Shown here one piece after another: positions 28,092 to 38,458 of a stretch of DNA of 64,000 nucleotides. Each line of letters starts with the position of its first letter. Within the stretch, counting starts at the first letter, position 1. The DNA comes from an uncultured Coriobacteriales bacterium (GTDB lineage: Bacteria > Actinomycetota > Coriobacteriia > Coriobacteriales > QAMH01): assembly GCA_934646835.1 (NCBI GenBank), contig CAKUES010000003.1:16500-80499 (forward strand), written 5' to 3'. Position numbers and translations under genes: made by a program. The notes below the pieces were generated by a model. The model did not search any database. It had not been told where the DNA came from and saw nothing but the letters and a program-made list of their open reading frames with translations.

Positions 28092-28760
28092 CTAGGAGAG
28101 CAGCTCCTTTACGGCGTTAGGGATCTCTGATGGATTGTCTACGCAGACCGTCGCAGCGTCAAGCTCCGCAGGCTCACCGTAACCGAACCTGCATCCAATC
28201 GAGGGGATGTTGGCCTTGGTGGCGACCTCGATGTCATGGAAGCGGTCGCCGACCATCAGGTGGGGGTAGGGGTGCTTGCCGTCGTCGCAGACCTGCTGGT
28301 AGATCTCCCATTTTGCCAGACCGGGGAAGTCCTGTGCGCAGTGGTAGATATCGATCCATCGATCGAGACCGTAATAGCCGCGGTGGGCATCGCGGTACCT
28401 GGTGCCGCAGTTGCTCAAGAAAGCGATGGTGTAGCCCTCGTCTTTCAGGGTTTGGAGCATGTTCGGAACACCCTCGAAGAGCGCGCCGGCTCCCTGTGCG
28501 CTGAGGCTGCTCATCTCGGTTCCGATCATCTGGGCAGCCTTGCGCCAGATTTCCTCGGGAAGATGCGGGATGAAGGTCGTCCACATCTTCTCCGTCGTCC
28601 AGCCCAGCCAACGGCTGATCCAATCATCCTCGTACTCGGCGTGCTCGATATGGCCCTCGCTCTCAAGCCAGGCCACCGCCTTGCGAAACGCGGGCCCGTA
28701 GACCTGCATGCTGTCATGGAGCGTGCCGTCGTAGTCGAAGAAGATAGTGCCGGTTGCCAT
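28092..28760 (-). CDS. HAD-IA family hydrolase
   Basis: ORF 28092..28952 trimmed to ATG 28760 because the upstream part is family-2 repeat. Motifs FFDYDGTLHDS, LSNC, MVGDRFHDIE. Confidence 0.8.
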   Translation of the reverse strand: MATGTIFFDYDGTLHDSMQVYGPAFRKAVAWLESEGHIEHAEYEDDWISRWLGWTTEKMWTTFIPHLPEEIWRKAAQMIGTEMSSLSAQGAGALFEGVPNMLQTLKDEGYTIAFLSNCGTRYRDAHRGYYGLDRWIDIYHCAQDFPGLAKWEIYQQVCDDGKHPYPHLMVGDRFHDIEVATKANIPSIGCRFGYGEPAELDAATVCVDNPSEIPNAVKELLS

Positions 28761-28793
28761 GGGTTCCTTTCTGGACGCTGGATGCGGAGTGTC

Positions 28794-28972
28794 TGGAAAA
28801 CGTTGATTACGTAGGGAGGGACCGAAGTCCCTCCCCATAAGCCTCGCATTATCTAGGGAAATACTGATTAATGCAGATGTCCACTGCGCATGGTTGGCAA
28901 AACCGCTGGTTACGTAGGGGAGGGACTCTGTCCCTCCCCATAAGCCTCGCATTTAATCAGCGCTTTCCTAGG
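28794..28972. repeat. family-2 element, about 1.5 tandem copies (internally deleted copy + full copy 28853-28972)
   Basis: GGAAAACGTTGATTACGTAGGGAGGGACCGAAGTCCCTCCCCATAAGCCTCGCATTAT is followed by CTAGGGAAATACTGATTAATGCA...CAGCGCTTTCCTAGG. Confidence 0.85.
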
Positions 28973-28992
28973 TTTTCCTTAGGATGTCTATC

Positions 28993-29454
28993 CTACAGCT
29001 GGTTGATGAGGTTGACCATCTCGATGGCGCCGCATGCGCACTCGTAGCCCTTGTTGCCGGCCTTGGAGCCTGCGCGCTCGACAGCCTGCTCGATGGTGTC
29101 GGTGGTGATGACGCCGAACATGACGGGCTTGCCGGTCTGCAGGGAGATCTGAGCGGTGCCCTTGGCAACCTCGTTGCAGACGAGGTCGTAGTGGCTCGTC
29201 GCGCCGCGGATCACAGCGCCGAGCACGATGACCGCGTCGTACTTGTCGCTCTCGGCCATCTTCTTGGCGACCAGGGGCAGCTCGAAGGCGCCGGGGACCC
29301 AGGCGACGTCGATGTCGTCCTCGTCGACGTCATGACGGACCAGGCCGTCGATTGCGCCGCCGACCAGCTTGTTGACGATGATCTCGTTGAAACGGGCGGC
29401 GACGATGCCGACCTTGAGACCCTTGCTGACTACCTTGCCCTCGAACTTCTTCAT
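28993..29454 (-). CDS. ribH: 6,7-dimethyl-8-ribityllumazine synthase
   Basis: 153 aa. [12 protein letters not shown]...GAFELP...[16 protein letters not shown]. Confidence 0.95.
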   Translation of the reverse strand: MKKFEGKVVSKGLKVGIVAARFNEIIVNKLVGGAIDGLVRHDVDEDDIDVAWVPGAFELPLVAKKMAESDKYDAVIVLGAVIRGATSHYDLVCNEVAKGTAQISLQTGKPVMFGVITTDTIEQAVERAGSKAGNKGYECACGAIEMVNLINQL

Positions 29455-29675
29455 GGTGGTTCCTTTCTGTGCCTGTTGGCTCTGCTTCTTGTCAGTTTTG
29501 CCGATGAACGCCTTAATCGCGCATCGGAGTGTTCATTGCATCATCCGTTATGTTGAGCGTCAGTCCCGAAGGGCCGAAGTCGAAACATCTAGCTGCAGCT
29601 CAGTGAAGGTTGCAGGTCAAGCACCTCGACTCCGTCCCGCGCGCCTCGCTCCGCATGACGTCGGTGCTCGAATCT

Positions 29676-30884
29676 CTACTCGATGTCGAGCAGGTGGCCC
29701 ATCTTCTCCTTCTTGGTCTTGAGATAGGCGTGGTCGTGGCTGGTTTCCTCGACCTGGATGGGCACGCGCTCGACGATCTCCATGCCAAAGTCGCTGAGCT
29801 GGTAGACCTTGTCGGGGTTGTTGGTGAGCAGGCGCAGCGTCTTCACGCCGAGCTCGCGCAGGATCTGCGCGCCGATGTAGTACTCGCGCTCGTCACCGGC
29901 AAAGCCCAACGCGAGGTTGGCCTCCAGTGTGTCCATGCCCTGATCCTGCAGCTCGTAGGCGCGCAGCTTGTTGACCAAGCCGATGCCGCGACCCTCCTGG
30001 CGCATGTAGAGGATGATGCCGCGACCCTCGGCCTCGACCTGGGACATGGCGGCTGCCAGCTGCTGGCCGCAGTCGCAGCGCAAAGATCCAAAGGCGTCGC
30101 CGGTCAAGCACTCGCTGTGGACGCGGGCAAGGACATTCTCGCCGTCGCCGATCTCGCCTTTGACCAAGGCGATGTGGTGCTCGCCGTTGAGCTTGTTGAT
30201 GAAGGGAATCGCGCGGAACTCACCGTACTTGGTCGGCATGGCGACATCGGCCACCTTTTCGACCAAGACCTCATTCTTCTTGCGGTACTGCTGCAGCTGC
30301 TTGATGCTGACGAGCTTGAGGTCGAGCTTCTTGGCGAGCTCCTTGAGCTCTGCGGTGCGCATCATGGTGCCGTCATCGCGCATGATCTCGCAGCACAGGC
30401 CGCACTCCTTGAGGCCGGCCAGGCGGCACAGGTCGACGGTCGCCTCGGTGTGGCCGTTGCGCTCCAGGACGCCGCCGGGCTTGGCGATGAGCGGGAACAT
30501 GTGGCCGGGGCGACGGAAGTCGGTGGGGCGGGCGTCAGGGTCGACGCACATGCGAGCGGTCAGGCCGCGCTCCTCGGCGCTGATGCCGGTGGTGGTGTCG
30601 ACGTGGTCGATGGACAGCGTGAACGCGGTCTCATGGTTGTCGGTGTTCTCGCTGACCATGGGCGGCAGCGCGAGCTTGTTGGCGAGCTCGACGCTCATGG
30701 GCGTGCAGATGAGGCCGCGTGCCCAGACGGCCATGAGGTTGACGTTTTCTGTCGTGGCGAACTCGGCCGCGCAGATGAAGTCGCCCTCGTTCTCGCGGTC
30801 GGGGTCGTCGACGCACATGATGACCTTGCCGGCGGCGAGGTCGGCCAGGGCTTCCTCGATGGTGTTGAATCCTTCAGGCTTCAT
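29676..30884 (-). CDS. ribBA: bifunctional 3,4-dihydroxy-2-butanone-4-phosphate synthase / GTP cyclohydrolase II
   Basis: ORF trimmed to ATG 30884 (AAAGGAGAAAACG SD). DRENEGD, the Cys-rich segment [18 protein letters not shown], and GRGIGL. Confidence 0.95.
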   Translation of the reverse strand: MKPEGFNTIEEALADLAAGKVIMCVDDPDRENEGDFICAAEFATTENVNLMAVWARGLICTPMSVELANKLALPPMVSENTDNHETAFTLSIDHVDTTTGISAEERGLTARMCVDPDARPTDFRRPGHMFPLIAKPGGVLERNGHTEATVDLCRLAGLKECGLCCEIMRDDGTMMRTAELKELAKKLDLKLVSIKQLQQYRKKNEVLVEKVADVAMPTKYGEFRAIPFINKLNGEHHIALVKGEIGDGENVLARVHSECLTGDAFGSLRCDCGQQLAAAMSQVEAEGRGIILYMRQEGRGIGLVNKLRAYELQDQGMDTLEANLALGFAGDEREYYIGAQILRELGVKTLRLLTNNPDKVYQLSDFGMEIVERVPIQVEETSHDHAYLKTKKEKMGHLLDIE

Positions 30885-30949
30885 CGTTTTCTCCTTTATC
30901 TCTTCCGTGCTTCTCTGCTGGTTTTCCTGTTTCTTGCTACTTGCTGGCT

Positions 30950-30994
30950 CGTGACACCGTTTGGCACCTTTTGTACCAGTGACATTTGGTGTCA
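30950..30994. repeat. family-1 repeat, single module, inside the rib operon
   Basis: GTGACACCGTTTGGCACCTTTTGTACCAGTGACATTTGGTGTCAC, between ribE and ribBA. Confidence 0.8.
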
Positions 30995-31045
30995 CGATGT
31001 GTTGGTTGGGTTGTGGGTAGGCTCGGCTTGTCTGCTCTTTGTGCT

Positions 31046-31690
31046 CTAGCCGAGCAGTGCGAGCGCCTCCATCGTGAGGCCCGAGCTTGCGTCGTCTGCC
31101 TCCTTGGGCTGCATGAGCTTCTCGACGTACTTGCCGATAACGTCGCATTCGAGGTTGACGGAGTCTCCCACTTGGCGGGCAGACAGGCTCGTGACCGCGC
31201 GTGTGTGGGGGATGACGCTGACCTTGAAGCTCGAGCTGTCGACGGCTGCGACCGTGAGGCTGATGCCGTCGATGGTGATGGAGCCCTTCTCCACGATGTA
31301 GCGGAGCAAATCGGCACCGGCCTCGATGGTGTACCAGATGGCGTTGCCGTCGACCTTGATGTTGGTGATGCGGCCCATGCCGTCGATGTGGCCGGAGACG
31401 ATGTGGCCGCCAAAGCGGTCGCCCAGCGCCATGGCGCGCTCGAGGTTGACGGGGCTGCCGGCCTTGAGCTGGCCGAGCGACGAGCGCCTGAGCGACTCAT
31501 GCATGACGTCGGCGGTGTAGCTGGTGGGTGTGAGCGAGGTCACGGTGAGGCATACGCCGTTGGTGGCGATGCTGTCGCCGATCTTGGTCCCCTCGAGAAC
31601 CGTGCTCGCCTCGATCTCGAGCTGGGCGCTGACGTCGCCTTTTCGGATCGACTTGACATGCCCAAGCTCCTCGATGATGCCTGTGAACAT
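31046..31690 (-). CDS. ribE: riboflavin synthase
   Basis: 214 aa. [10 protein letters not shown]...[13 protein letters not shown]...[10 protein letters not shown]. Confidence 0.95.
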   Translation of the reverse strand: MFTGIIEELGHVKSIRKGDVSAQLEIEASTVLEGTKIGDSIATNGVCLTVTSLTPTSYTADVMHESLRRSSLGQLKAGSPVNLERAMALGDRFGGHIVSGHIDGMGRITNIKVDGNAIWYTIEAGADLLRYIVEKGSITIDGISLTVAAVDSSSFKVSVIPHTRAVTSLSARQVGDSVNLECDVIGKYVEKLMQPKEADDASSGLTMEALALLG

Positions 31691-31708
31691 CTGCTGCCTG
31701 GCCTTTCC

Positions 31709-32830
31709 TTAACGCTCGTTTATCTTGACGTCGCCGCTGACGAGGATGTCGCGGCCGTATTGCTCGATCGTGACGTTGCCGAGCTCGAGCGCATCGCCCA
31801 TAAGTGCGATGCCGAGCCCTGCGACGGGGGAGGGTGCGTTCTTGCCGCCGGTCATCTTGGGGGCGATGTAGGCCTGCACATGGTCGACGCAACCTGCGTC
31901 GACAAAGGCGCCGGCTGTCTGGGCGCCGCCCTCGACGATGAGGGAGTCGAAGCCCTCCTGGCCCATGCGGTCGAGCAAGGCGGGGATGCTGATGGAGCCG
32001 TCCTCGGCAGCAGGAAAGCTCCAGACCTTGCAGCCAGCGGCCTCGAGCGCCTCGCGGCGGCTCGGGTCTGCGTCCTCGGATGCGACGAGGTAAGTGGGGA
32101 CTTCGTTGGAGCGGGTGACCAAGACCGCGTCCAGCGGGCAGCGCAGCTTGCTGTCGATGACGAAGCGCGCGGGCTGGTGTGGATTGTGGTTGCCGGCGGG
32201 ACGTGCGGTGAGCTGGGGGTTGTCTGCGAGCACGGTGCCGATGCCGACGAGGATGGCCGCGCTCTTGGCGCGGTCCTCGTGGACGCGCTGGCGGGCTGCA
32301 TCACCGGTGATCCACTGGGAGCTGCCGGTGTGTGTCGCGGTCTTGCCGTCAAGCGTCATCGCGTACTTGAGAGTGACGAAGGGGCGCTTGGTCTGGATGT
32401 AGCTGAGCCATGCATGGTTGATGGCGCGGCACTCGTCGACCATGACGCCTTCGATGACCTCCACGCCTGCCGCGCGCAGCTGGGCGATGCCCTTGCCGGC
32501 GACCAACGGGTTGGGGTCCGGTGCGCCCATGACGACGCGCTTGATGCCGGAGGCGATGACCGCTTCCGTACACGGGGGCTGCTTGCCGGTGTGGCAGCAA
32601 GGTTCGAGTGTAACGTAGATAGTGGCGCCTGCGGGGTCGTTGCCCTTTGCCTTGCAGTCGGCCAGCGCCTCGCGCTCGGCGTGGAGATTGCCGCAGCGGG
32701 TGTGGTAGCCCTCGCCGATGACCTCGCCATCGCGGACGATGACAGCACCGACCTGGGGGTTGGGGCATACCCAACCGGCACCCTTGGCAGCCAACGCAAG
32801 CGCGCGCTGCATATACAGCTCATGGTTCAT
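31709..32830 (-). CDS. ribD: bifunctional riboflavin-biosynthesis deaminase/reductase RibD
   Basis: ORF trimmed to ATG 32830. Deaminase zinc motifs HAE and PCxHxGKQPPC (TLEPCCHTGKQPPC), plus a reductase C-terminal half. Confidence 0.95.
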   Translation of the reverse strand: MNHELYMQRALALAAKGAGWVCPNPQVGAVIVRDGEVIGEGYHTRCGNLHAEREALADCKAKGNDPAGATIYVTLEPCCHTGKQPPCTEAVIASGIKRVVMGAPDPNPLVAGKGIAQLRAAGVEVIEGVMVDECRAINHAWLSYIQTKRPFVTLKYAMTLDGKTATHTGSSQWITGDAARQRVHEDRAKSAAILVGIGTVLADNPQLTARPAGNHNPHQPARFVIDSKLRCPLDAVLVTRSNEVPTYLVASEDADPSRREALEAAGCKVWSFPAAEDGSISIPALLDRMGQEGFDSLIVEGGAQTAGAFVDAGCVDHVQAYIAPKMTGGKNAPSPVAGLGIALMGDALELGNVTIEQYGRDILVSGDVKINER

Positions 32831-32840
32831 GAAAACCACC

Positions 32841-32947
32841 TTCTTCCATCCAGACTGTACTGTCGGTCACGGAGTTGCACCGTGTCAGCCAATGAGGCTC
32901 GCGGACTGTCACCGCCGGTCGGGAATTTCACCCTGCCCTGAAGATGT
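32841..32947 (-). promoter_or_regulatory. FMN riboswitch (RFN element) controlling the rib operon
   Basis: The minus strand reads AUCUUCAGGGCAGGGUGAAAUUCCCGACCGGCGGUGACAGUCCGCGAGCC...GGUGCAACUCCGUGACCGACAGUACAGUCUGGAUGGAAGAAGG. This matches the conserved RFN core nearly base for base against B. subtilis ribD as I recall it. Confidence 0.92.
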
Positions 32948-33116
32948 ATGCGATTGATTGGGAGGATAAAACCCCAGCGTTTCCCTGTCAATGTGGCTGC
33001 CCCGGGTAATCCGAGCTTTTTGTCCCAAATACCCAGTCTTTGACCACCTTGACCGCCCGCTCCCTATATTTTTGCGACCCTAAATACGGTCTGTTCGCCG
33101 AACCTGGCAAGGAAAC

Positions 33117-33220
33117 GTGACACACTTTGTGCCAGTGACATTGTGTTTCACGCAGGAGAGTCGTAGGTCAACGCGAGCGCGCTGCGTGATGCACAATGTC
33201 ACTGGCACAAAGTGTGTCAC
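33117..33220. repeat. family-1 repeat, long form (spacer centre GTCAAC)
   Basis: Two inverted 35-nt modules, about 170 nt upstream of the FMN riboswitch. Confidence 0.9.
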
Positions 33221-33310
33221 CGGGAAACCCACAAATGCGATGCAGTGGTGGAGTTGCCTTTGCTGCACATTGCTGGCTTTCGTGTCAGCGCCTGCGCGTC
33301 CCAAGCTCAA

Positions 33311-33337
33311 CGTAGGCGCCAGACGAAGTCGGCGCCA
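33311..33337. repeat. 27-nt hairpin repeat (copy 2 of 2)
   Basis: CGTAGGCGCCAGACGAAGTCGGCGCCA; 26/27 identical to 2311..2337. Confidence 0.7.
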
Positions 33338-33380
33338 TCGGCTCACTGTGAGTCTGTGGATTCCTATGAATCGCTTGCCC

Positions 33381-33420
33381 AAAAAAGAAGGCGGGCCGAG
33401 TCGCCTCGGCCCGCCTTCTT
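33381..33420 (-). terminator. rho-independent terminator after the FKBP gene (potentially bidirectional)
   Basis: 14-bp stem GAAGGCGGGCCGAG / CTCGGCCCGCCTTC. The flanking A6 gives a U-tract on the minus strand. Confidence 0.8.
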
Positions 33421-33445
33421 TGTATCGTTATGTGATTTGTTGCCC

Positions 33446-33871
33446 TTAGTCCTCGACCTCGACGAGCGTGATCTCGAAGTTGAGGGGCTTGCCAGCCAGC
33501 TCGTGGTTGGCGTCAAACTCGATGGCTTCCTCGTCCTTGAAGGTGACGGTGACGGGGATCTGCTGGCCGGCCGGGCCGCTCAGCAGGACGCGGTCGCCGA
33601 CGTTGAGGTTTTCGGCACCGGGCATGTGGCTGATGGGGGCCTTGAGGACGTTTTGGGGGTCGCGCTCGCCGTAGGCGTCCTTTGCCTCGAGGTGGACGTT
33701 GACGGTCTGGCCGACCTCCATGGTCTTGACGGCCTCGTCGAAGCCCTTGATCATCTGGCCTGCGCCGCAGATGAAGTCCAGAGTCTCGCCGCGGTCGAGG
33801 GAGCTGTCGAACTTGGTGCCGTCGTCGAGGGTGCCGGTGTAGTGGACCTTGACCTTCTTGCCGTCGTTCAT
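33446..33871 (-). CDS. FKBP-type peptidyl-prolyl isomerase (SlyD-like)
   Basis: ORF trimmed to ATG 33871. KVKVHYTGTLDDGTKFDSS...FICGAGQMIKGFDEAV. Confidence 0.9.
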   Translation of the reverse strand: MNDGKKVKVHYTGTLDDGTKFDSSLDRGETLDFICGAGQMIKGFDEAVKTMEVGQTVNVHLEAKDAYGERDPQNVLKAPISHMPGAENLNVGDRVLLSGPAGQQIPVTVTFKDEEAIEFDANHELAGKPLNFEITLVEVED

Positions 33872-34087
33872 GGTGAAGAGCCTTTCACTTGTGGTTAGCT
33901 TTCGCTGTTTCAGTCCTAGCAGTGTAGCAGCTCTGCGGGATTTGGCCATCGCCGTGGTGCCAGCCGTTGCCGCTGCGTAACATGCCTTCGTGCGCTTGCG
34001 CTTTCATTTGTTACAATGACCAGTCGAAATCAGTTTTCCTGGCGGTCGCCGCTGCGCGCCGCTTTCACCGATCAGATAGGGAGCCCC

Positions 34088-34681
34088 ATGGCTGTCAACT
34101 TCCACAACTCCAGTTTCGCGTGTGCTTTTGGCACCTCCAGCCAGCTGCCCAAGGGCTGCGAGCCGGAGGTCGTCGTCTGCGGTCGCTCCAACGTGGGTAA
34201 GTCCTCCTTGCTCAACAAGCTGATGTTCCGCAAGAACCTGGCCAAGGTCTCTTCCAAGCCCGGTAAGACCGCGACCATCAACTTCTACGACATCGATAAC
34301 AAGATCAAGCTCGTCGACCTGCCTGGCTATGGCTTTGCGGCAACGGCTAAGACGGAGAAGTCTCGCTGGCAGGAGCTCATCGACGGCTACTTCGATCAGG
34401 ATCGCCCGTTCTCCATGGTCTTGAGCTTGGTCGACATCCGTCACGATGCCCAAAAGCTCGACATCGCGATGATGAGCTACCTGCTCTCGCGCGAGCTGCC
34501 CTTCGCCGTCGTGCTCACCAAGGCCGACAAGCTCTCCAAGAACAAGGCCAACCAGCAGGCTGCCAGGATCCGCAAGCAGCTCGATCTTCCCAAGGAAGTC
34601 AAGATCCTCATGACCTCGAGCGAGAAAAACGAGGGCATCGACGACCTGCGCCGCTTCATCGCGGAGTCCTGTGGCAAGTAG
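34088..34681 (+). CDS. engB: ribosome-biogenesis GTPase EngB/YsxC
   Basis: ORF trimmed to ATG 34088. G1 GRSNVGKSS, G3 DLPGYG, G4 TKADK. Confidence 0.9.
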   Translation: MAVNFHNSSFACAFGTSSQLPKGCEPEVVVCGRSNVGKSSLLNKLMFRKNLAKVSSKPGKTATINFYDIDNKIKLVDLPGYGFAATAKTEKSRWQELIDGYFDQDRPFSMVLSLVDIRHDAQKLDIAMMSYLLSRELPFAVVLTKADKLSKNKANQQAARIRKQLDLPKEVKILMTSSEKNEGIDDLRRFIAESCGK

Positions 34682-34803
34682 GGGGGCTTTCGCTCATCTA
34701 GACAGCTGGCGTGGCCAACGTGGGATGCGCCTCGATAACGCAAGAGAGCCCGGAGGGATTCGTCCCTCCGGGCTCTCTTGCGCTTGCCGATTGTCTGCTC
34801 GCC

Positions 34804-35394
34804 TTAGTCGACGTGCACGTCGTCTTCGAGGAAGTCGACCACGCCGGTCTCGATGTCGTAGATGGCGCCGCGCACCTTGAGGCCGTACTCGTGCTCGACT
34901 TTCTGGATCTTGAGGCTCTCCTCGATCGTTCTCATGCTGTGGCGCACGTTGAGGTGGCAGGCCTCGTAGGGGTCCTTCTCCTCGCCGATGGCGCCTTGGA
35001 TCTCGTCCACGATGTAGCGGATGTAGCCCTCGTGGTCTCCCTCGAGAGCGGCATGGACGGCGCCGCAATGCGTATGGCCCAAGACCAAGACGAGATTGAC
35101 GCCGAGGTGCTCGGCCGCATACTCGATGCTGCCGAGCTGGTGGGCGTCGATGATGTTGCCCGCGACCCTGATGACAAAGAGCTCGCCGAGGTCGGAGTTG
35201 AAGATGGCCTCTGGGATGACGCGGGAATCAGAGCAGGCGATGACGACGGCGTAGGGGTCTTGACCGTGCTCGGTCGTCTGCTTGCGCTGGGCTGCGGAGA
35301 CGTTGCCGCGCGCGCCGTCGTTTTGTACGAACTCCGCGTTGCCAAGCTTGAGCAGCTTGAGCGCCTTGTTCGCCGTGATTCCCTGCTTACCCAT
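34804..35394 (-). CDS. beta-class carbonic anhydrase
   Basis: ORF trimmed to ATG 35394. Zinc ligands are in CSDSR and HTHCGA. Confidence 0.9.
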   Translation of the reverse strand: MGKQGITANKALKLLKLGNAEFVQNDGARGNVSAAQRKQTTEHGQDPYAVVIACSDSRVIPEAIFNSDLGELFVIRVAGNIIDAHQLGSIEYAAEHLGVNLVLVLGHTHCGAVHAALEGDHEGYIRYIVDEIQGAIGEEKDPYEACHLNVRHSMRTIEESLKIQKVEHEYGLKVRGAIYDIETGVVDFLEDDVHVD

Positions 35395-35480
35395 AGATTC
35401 TCCTGTTCCCAGGCGTGGCCGGCTTGTGTCGCGCCTTGTAACTCTCGATTTCTTGTTCGGAAACTTTAGCACGTTTGTCC

Positions 35481-35528
35481 TTGACAAGGATTACACACGT
35501 ATTAACATATGAGCAGTTGTTCATATGT
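35481..35528 (+). promoter_or_regulatory. promoter (TTGACA-16-TAACAT) overlapped by an ArsR/SmtB-type operator dyad
   Basis: ACATATGA-GCAGTTGT-TCATATGT at 35505-35528. Its inner TGAGCA-GT-TGTTCA resembles the 12-2-12 SmtB/CadC operator. Confidence 0.6.
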
Positions 35529-35540
35529 ATAGGAGTTCAG

Positions 35541-35936
35541 ATGAGTGACGAGAGCAAAGAGATGATGTCGGAGATGTCGGAGCAAGCGGGGGAGGCCGGC
35601 GCCCCTTCCGGCGCGTGTCCCATCCATCGCTGGCAGGAGGCGGTTGAGATGATGCCGAACGAGGAGATCCTCTACGAGCTCGCGGACCTCTTCAAGGTCT
35701 TCGCTGACAGCACGCGCATCAAGATCCTCTTCGCGCTGATGGACGAGGAGATGTGCGTGGCCTGCATCGCAGAGACGATCGACGCGAGCCAGAGCGCGGT
35801 CTCCCATCAGCTGCGCGTGCTCAAGCAGGCGCGCCTGGTGAAGTTTCGCCGTGAGGGAAAGCAAGTCGTCTACTCGCTTGCAGACAACCACGTCCACACC
35901 ATGCTCGCCCAGGGCATGAACCACGTCTGCGAGTAA
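35541..35936 (+). CDS. ArsR/SmtB-family metal-sensing repressor
   Basis: ORF trimmed to ATG 35541. LFKVFADSTRIKILFAL..EMCVACIAE...SQSAVSHQLRVLK. Confidence 0.9.
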   Translation: MSDESKEMMSEMSEQAGEAGAPSGACPIHRWQEAVEMMPNEEILYELADLFKVFADSTRIKILFALMDEEMCVACIAETIDASQSAVSHQLRVLKQARLVKFRREGKQVVYSLADNHVHTMLAQGMNHVCE

Positions 35937-35971
35937 GGAGCGGACGTCGATGCGGGCGTCGCACCCCGTTC

Positions 35972-36072
35972 GGTGTCCCATTCGGACCTGGTCTTTTTTG
36001 GGACAGGGAGAGCGGCTAATGGGGTGCAGCCTGCTCTGTCCAAAAAAAAGACCAGGTCCCGAATGGGACACC
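35972..36072. repeat. family-3 nested palindrome (between the repressor and HMA genes)
   Basis: GGTGTCCCATTCGGACCTGGTCTTTTTTGGGACAGGG-loop-CTGTCCAAAAAAAAGACCAGGTCCCGAATGGGACACC. Confidence 0.9.
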
Positions 36073-36120
36073 TCGCAGGATTCATTTCATCCATCCACCC
36101 CAACCCCAAAGGAGCATCCC

Positions 36121-36339
36121 ATGAAGAAGTCTTACAAGCTCGAGAACCTCGGCTGCGCCAACTGCGCTCGCAAGATGGAGGAGGGCATCAGCGCGCTTGC
36201 CAACGTCAACAGCGCCAAGGTGGTCTTCATGACCGAGAAGCTCGTCCTCGACGTGGTCGACGGCACCATGGACAGCGTCCTCGACGAGGCTCAGAGCATC
36301 ATCAGCCGCTATGAGGACGATTGCGTCATCGTCCGCTAG
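36121..36339 (+). CDS. stand-alone heavy-metal-associated (HMA-like) domain protein
   Basis: 72 aa. YKLENLGCANCARKMEEGI has the CadA-type N-terminal domain pattern. ORF trimmed to ATG 36121. Confidence 0.8.
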   Translation: MKKSYKLENLGCANCARKMEEGISALANVNSAKVVFMTEKLVLDVVDGTMDSVLDEAQSIISRYEDDCVIVR

Positions 36340-36407
36340 CCGTCCGTCTTCTGTCCTCAGGTCTCGAGGCCATTACCTCAGCAGACAACTGAAAGGATAT
36401 CTGCCCC

Positions 36408-38309
<1,902 letters not shown>

Positions 38310-38345
38310 GGGCTGGGGCTGCGGTCGCTCGGCAAGGCTTGGCCC

Positions 38346-38449
38346 GTGACACACTTTGTGCCAGTGACATTGTGTGTCATACAGAAGACCCACGTTAACC
38401 AGCAAGCTCACGGCATGACACACAATGTCACTGGCACAAAGTGTGTCAC
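38346..38449. repeat. family-1 repeat, long form
   Basis: Ends 10 nt from the RAYT stop codon. Spacer is centred on GTTAAC. Confidence 0.9.
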
Positions 38450-38458
38450 GGGAACTCG

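Noticed and set aside
36340-36407. The HMA gene and the ATPase being one gene broken by a frameshift (a pseudogene).
   Set aside because: The HMA ORF ends in a clean stop after a complete domain, and the ATPase has its own ATG and an N-terminal TM region typical of the start of the pump body. Without orthologs, a split cannot be distinguished from decay, so it is not called a pseudogene.
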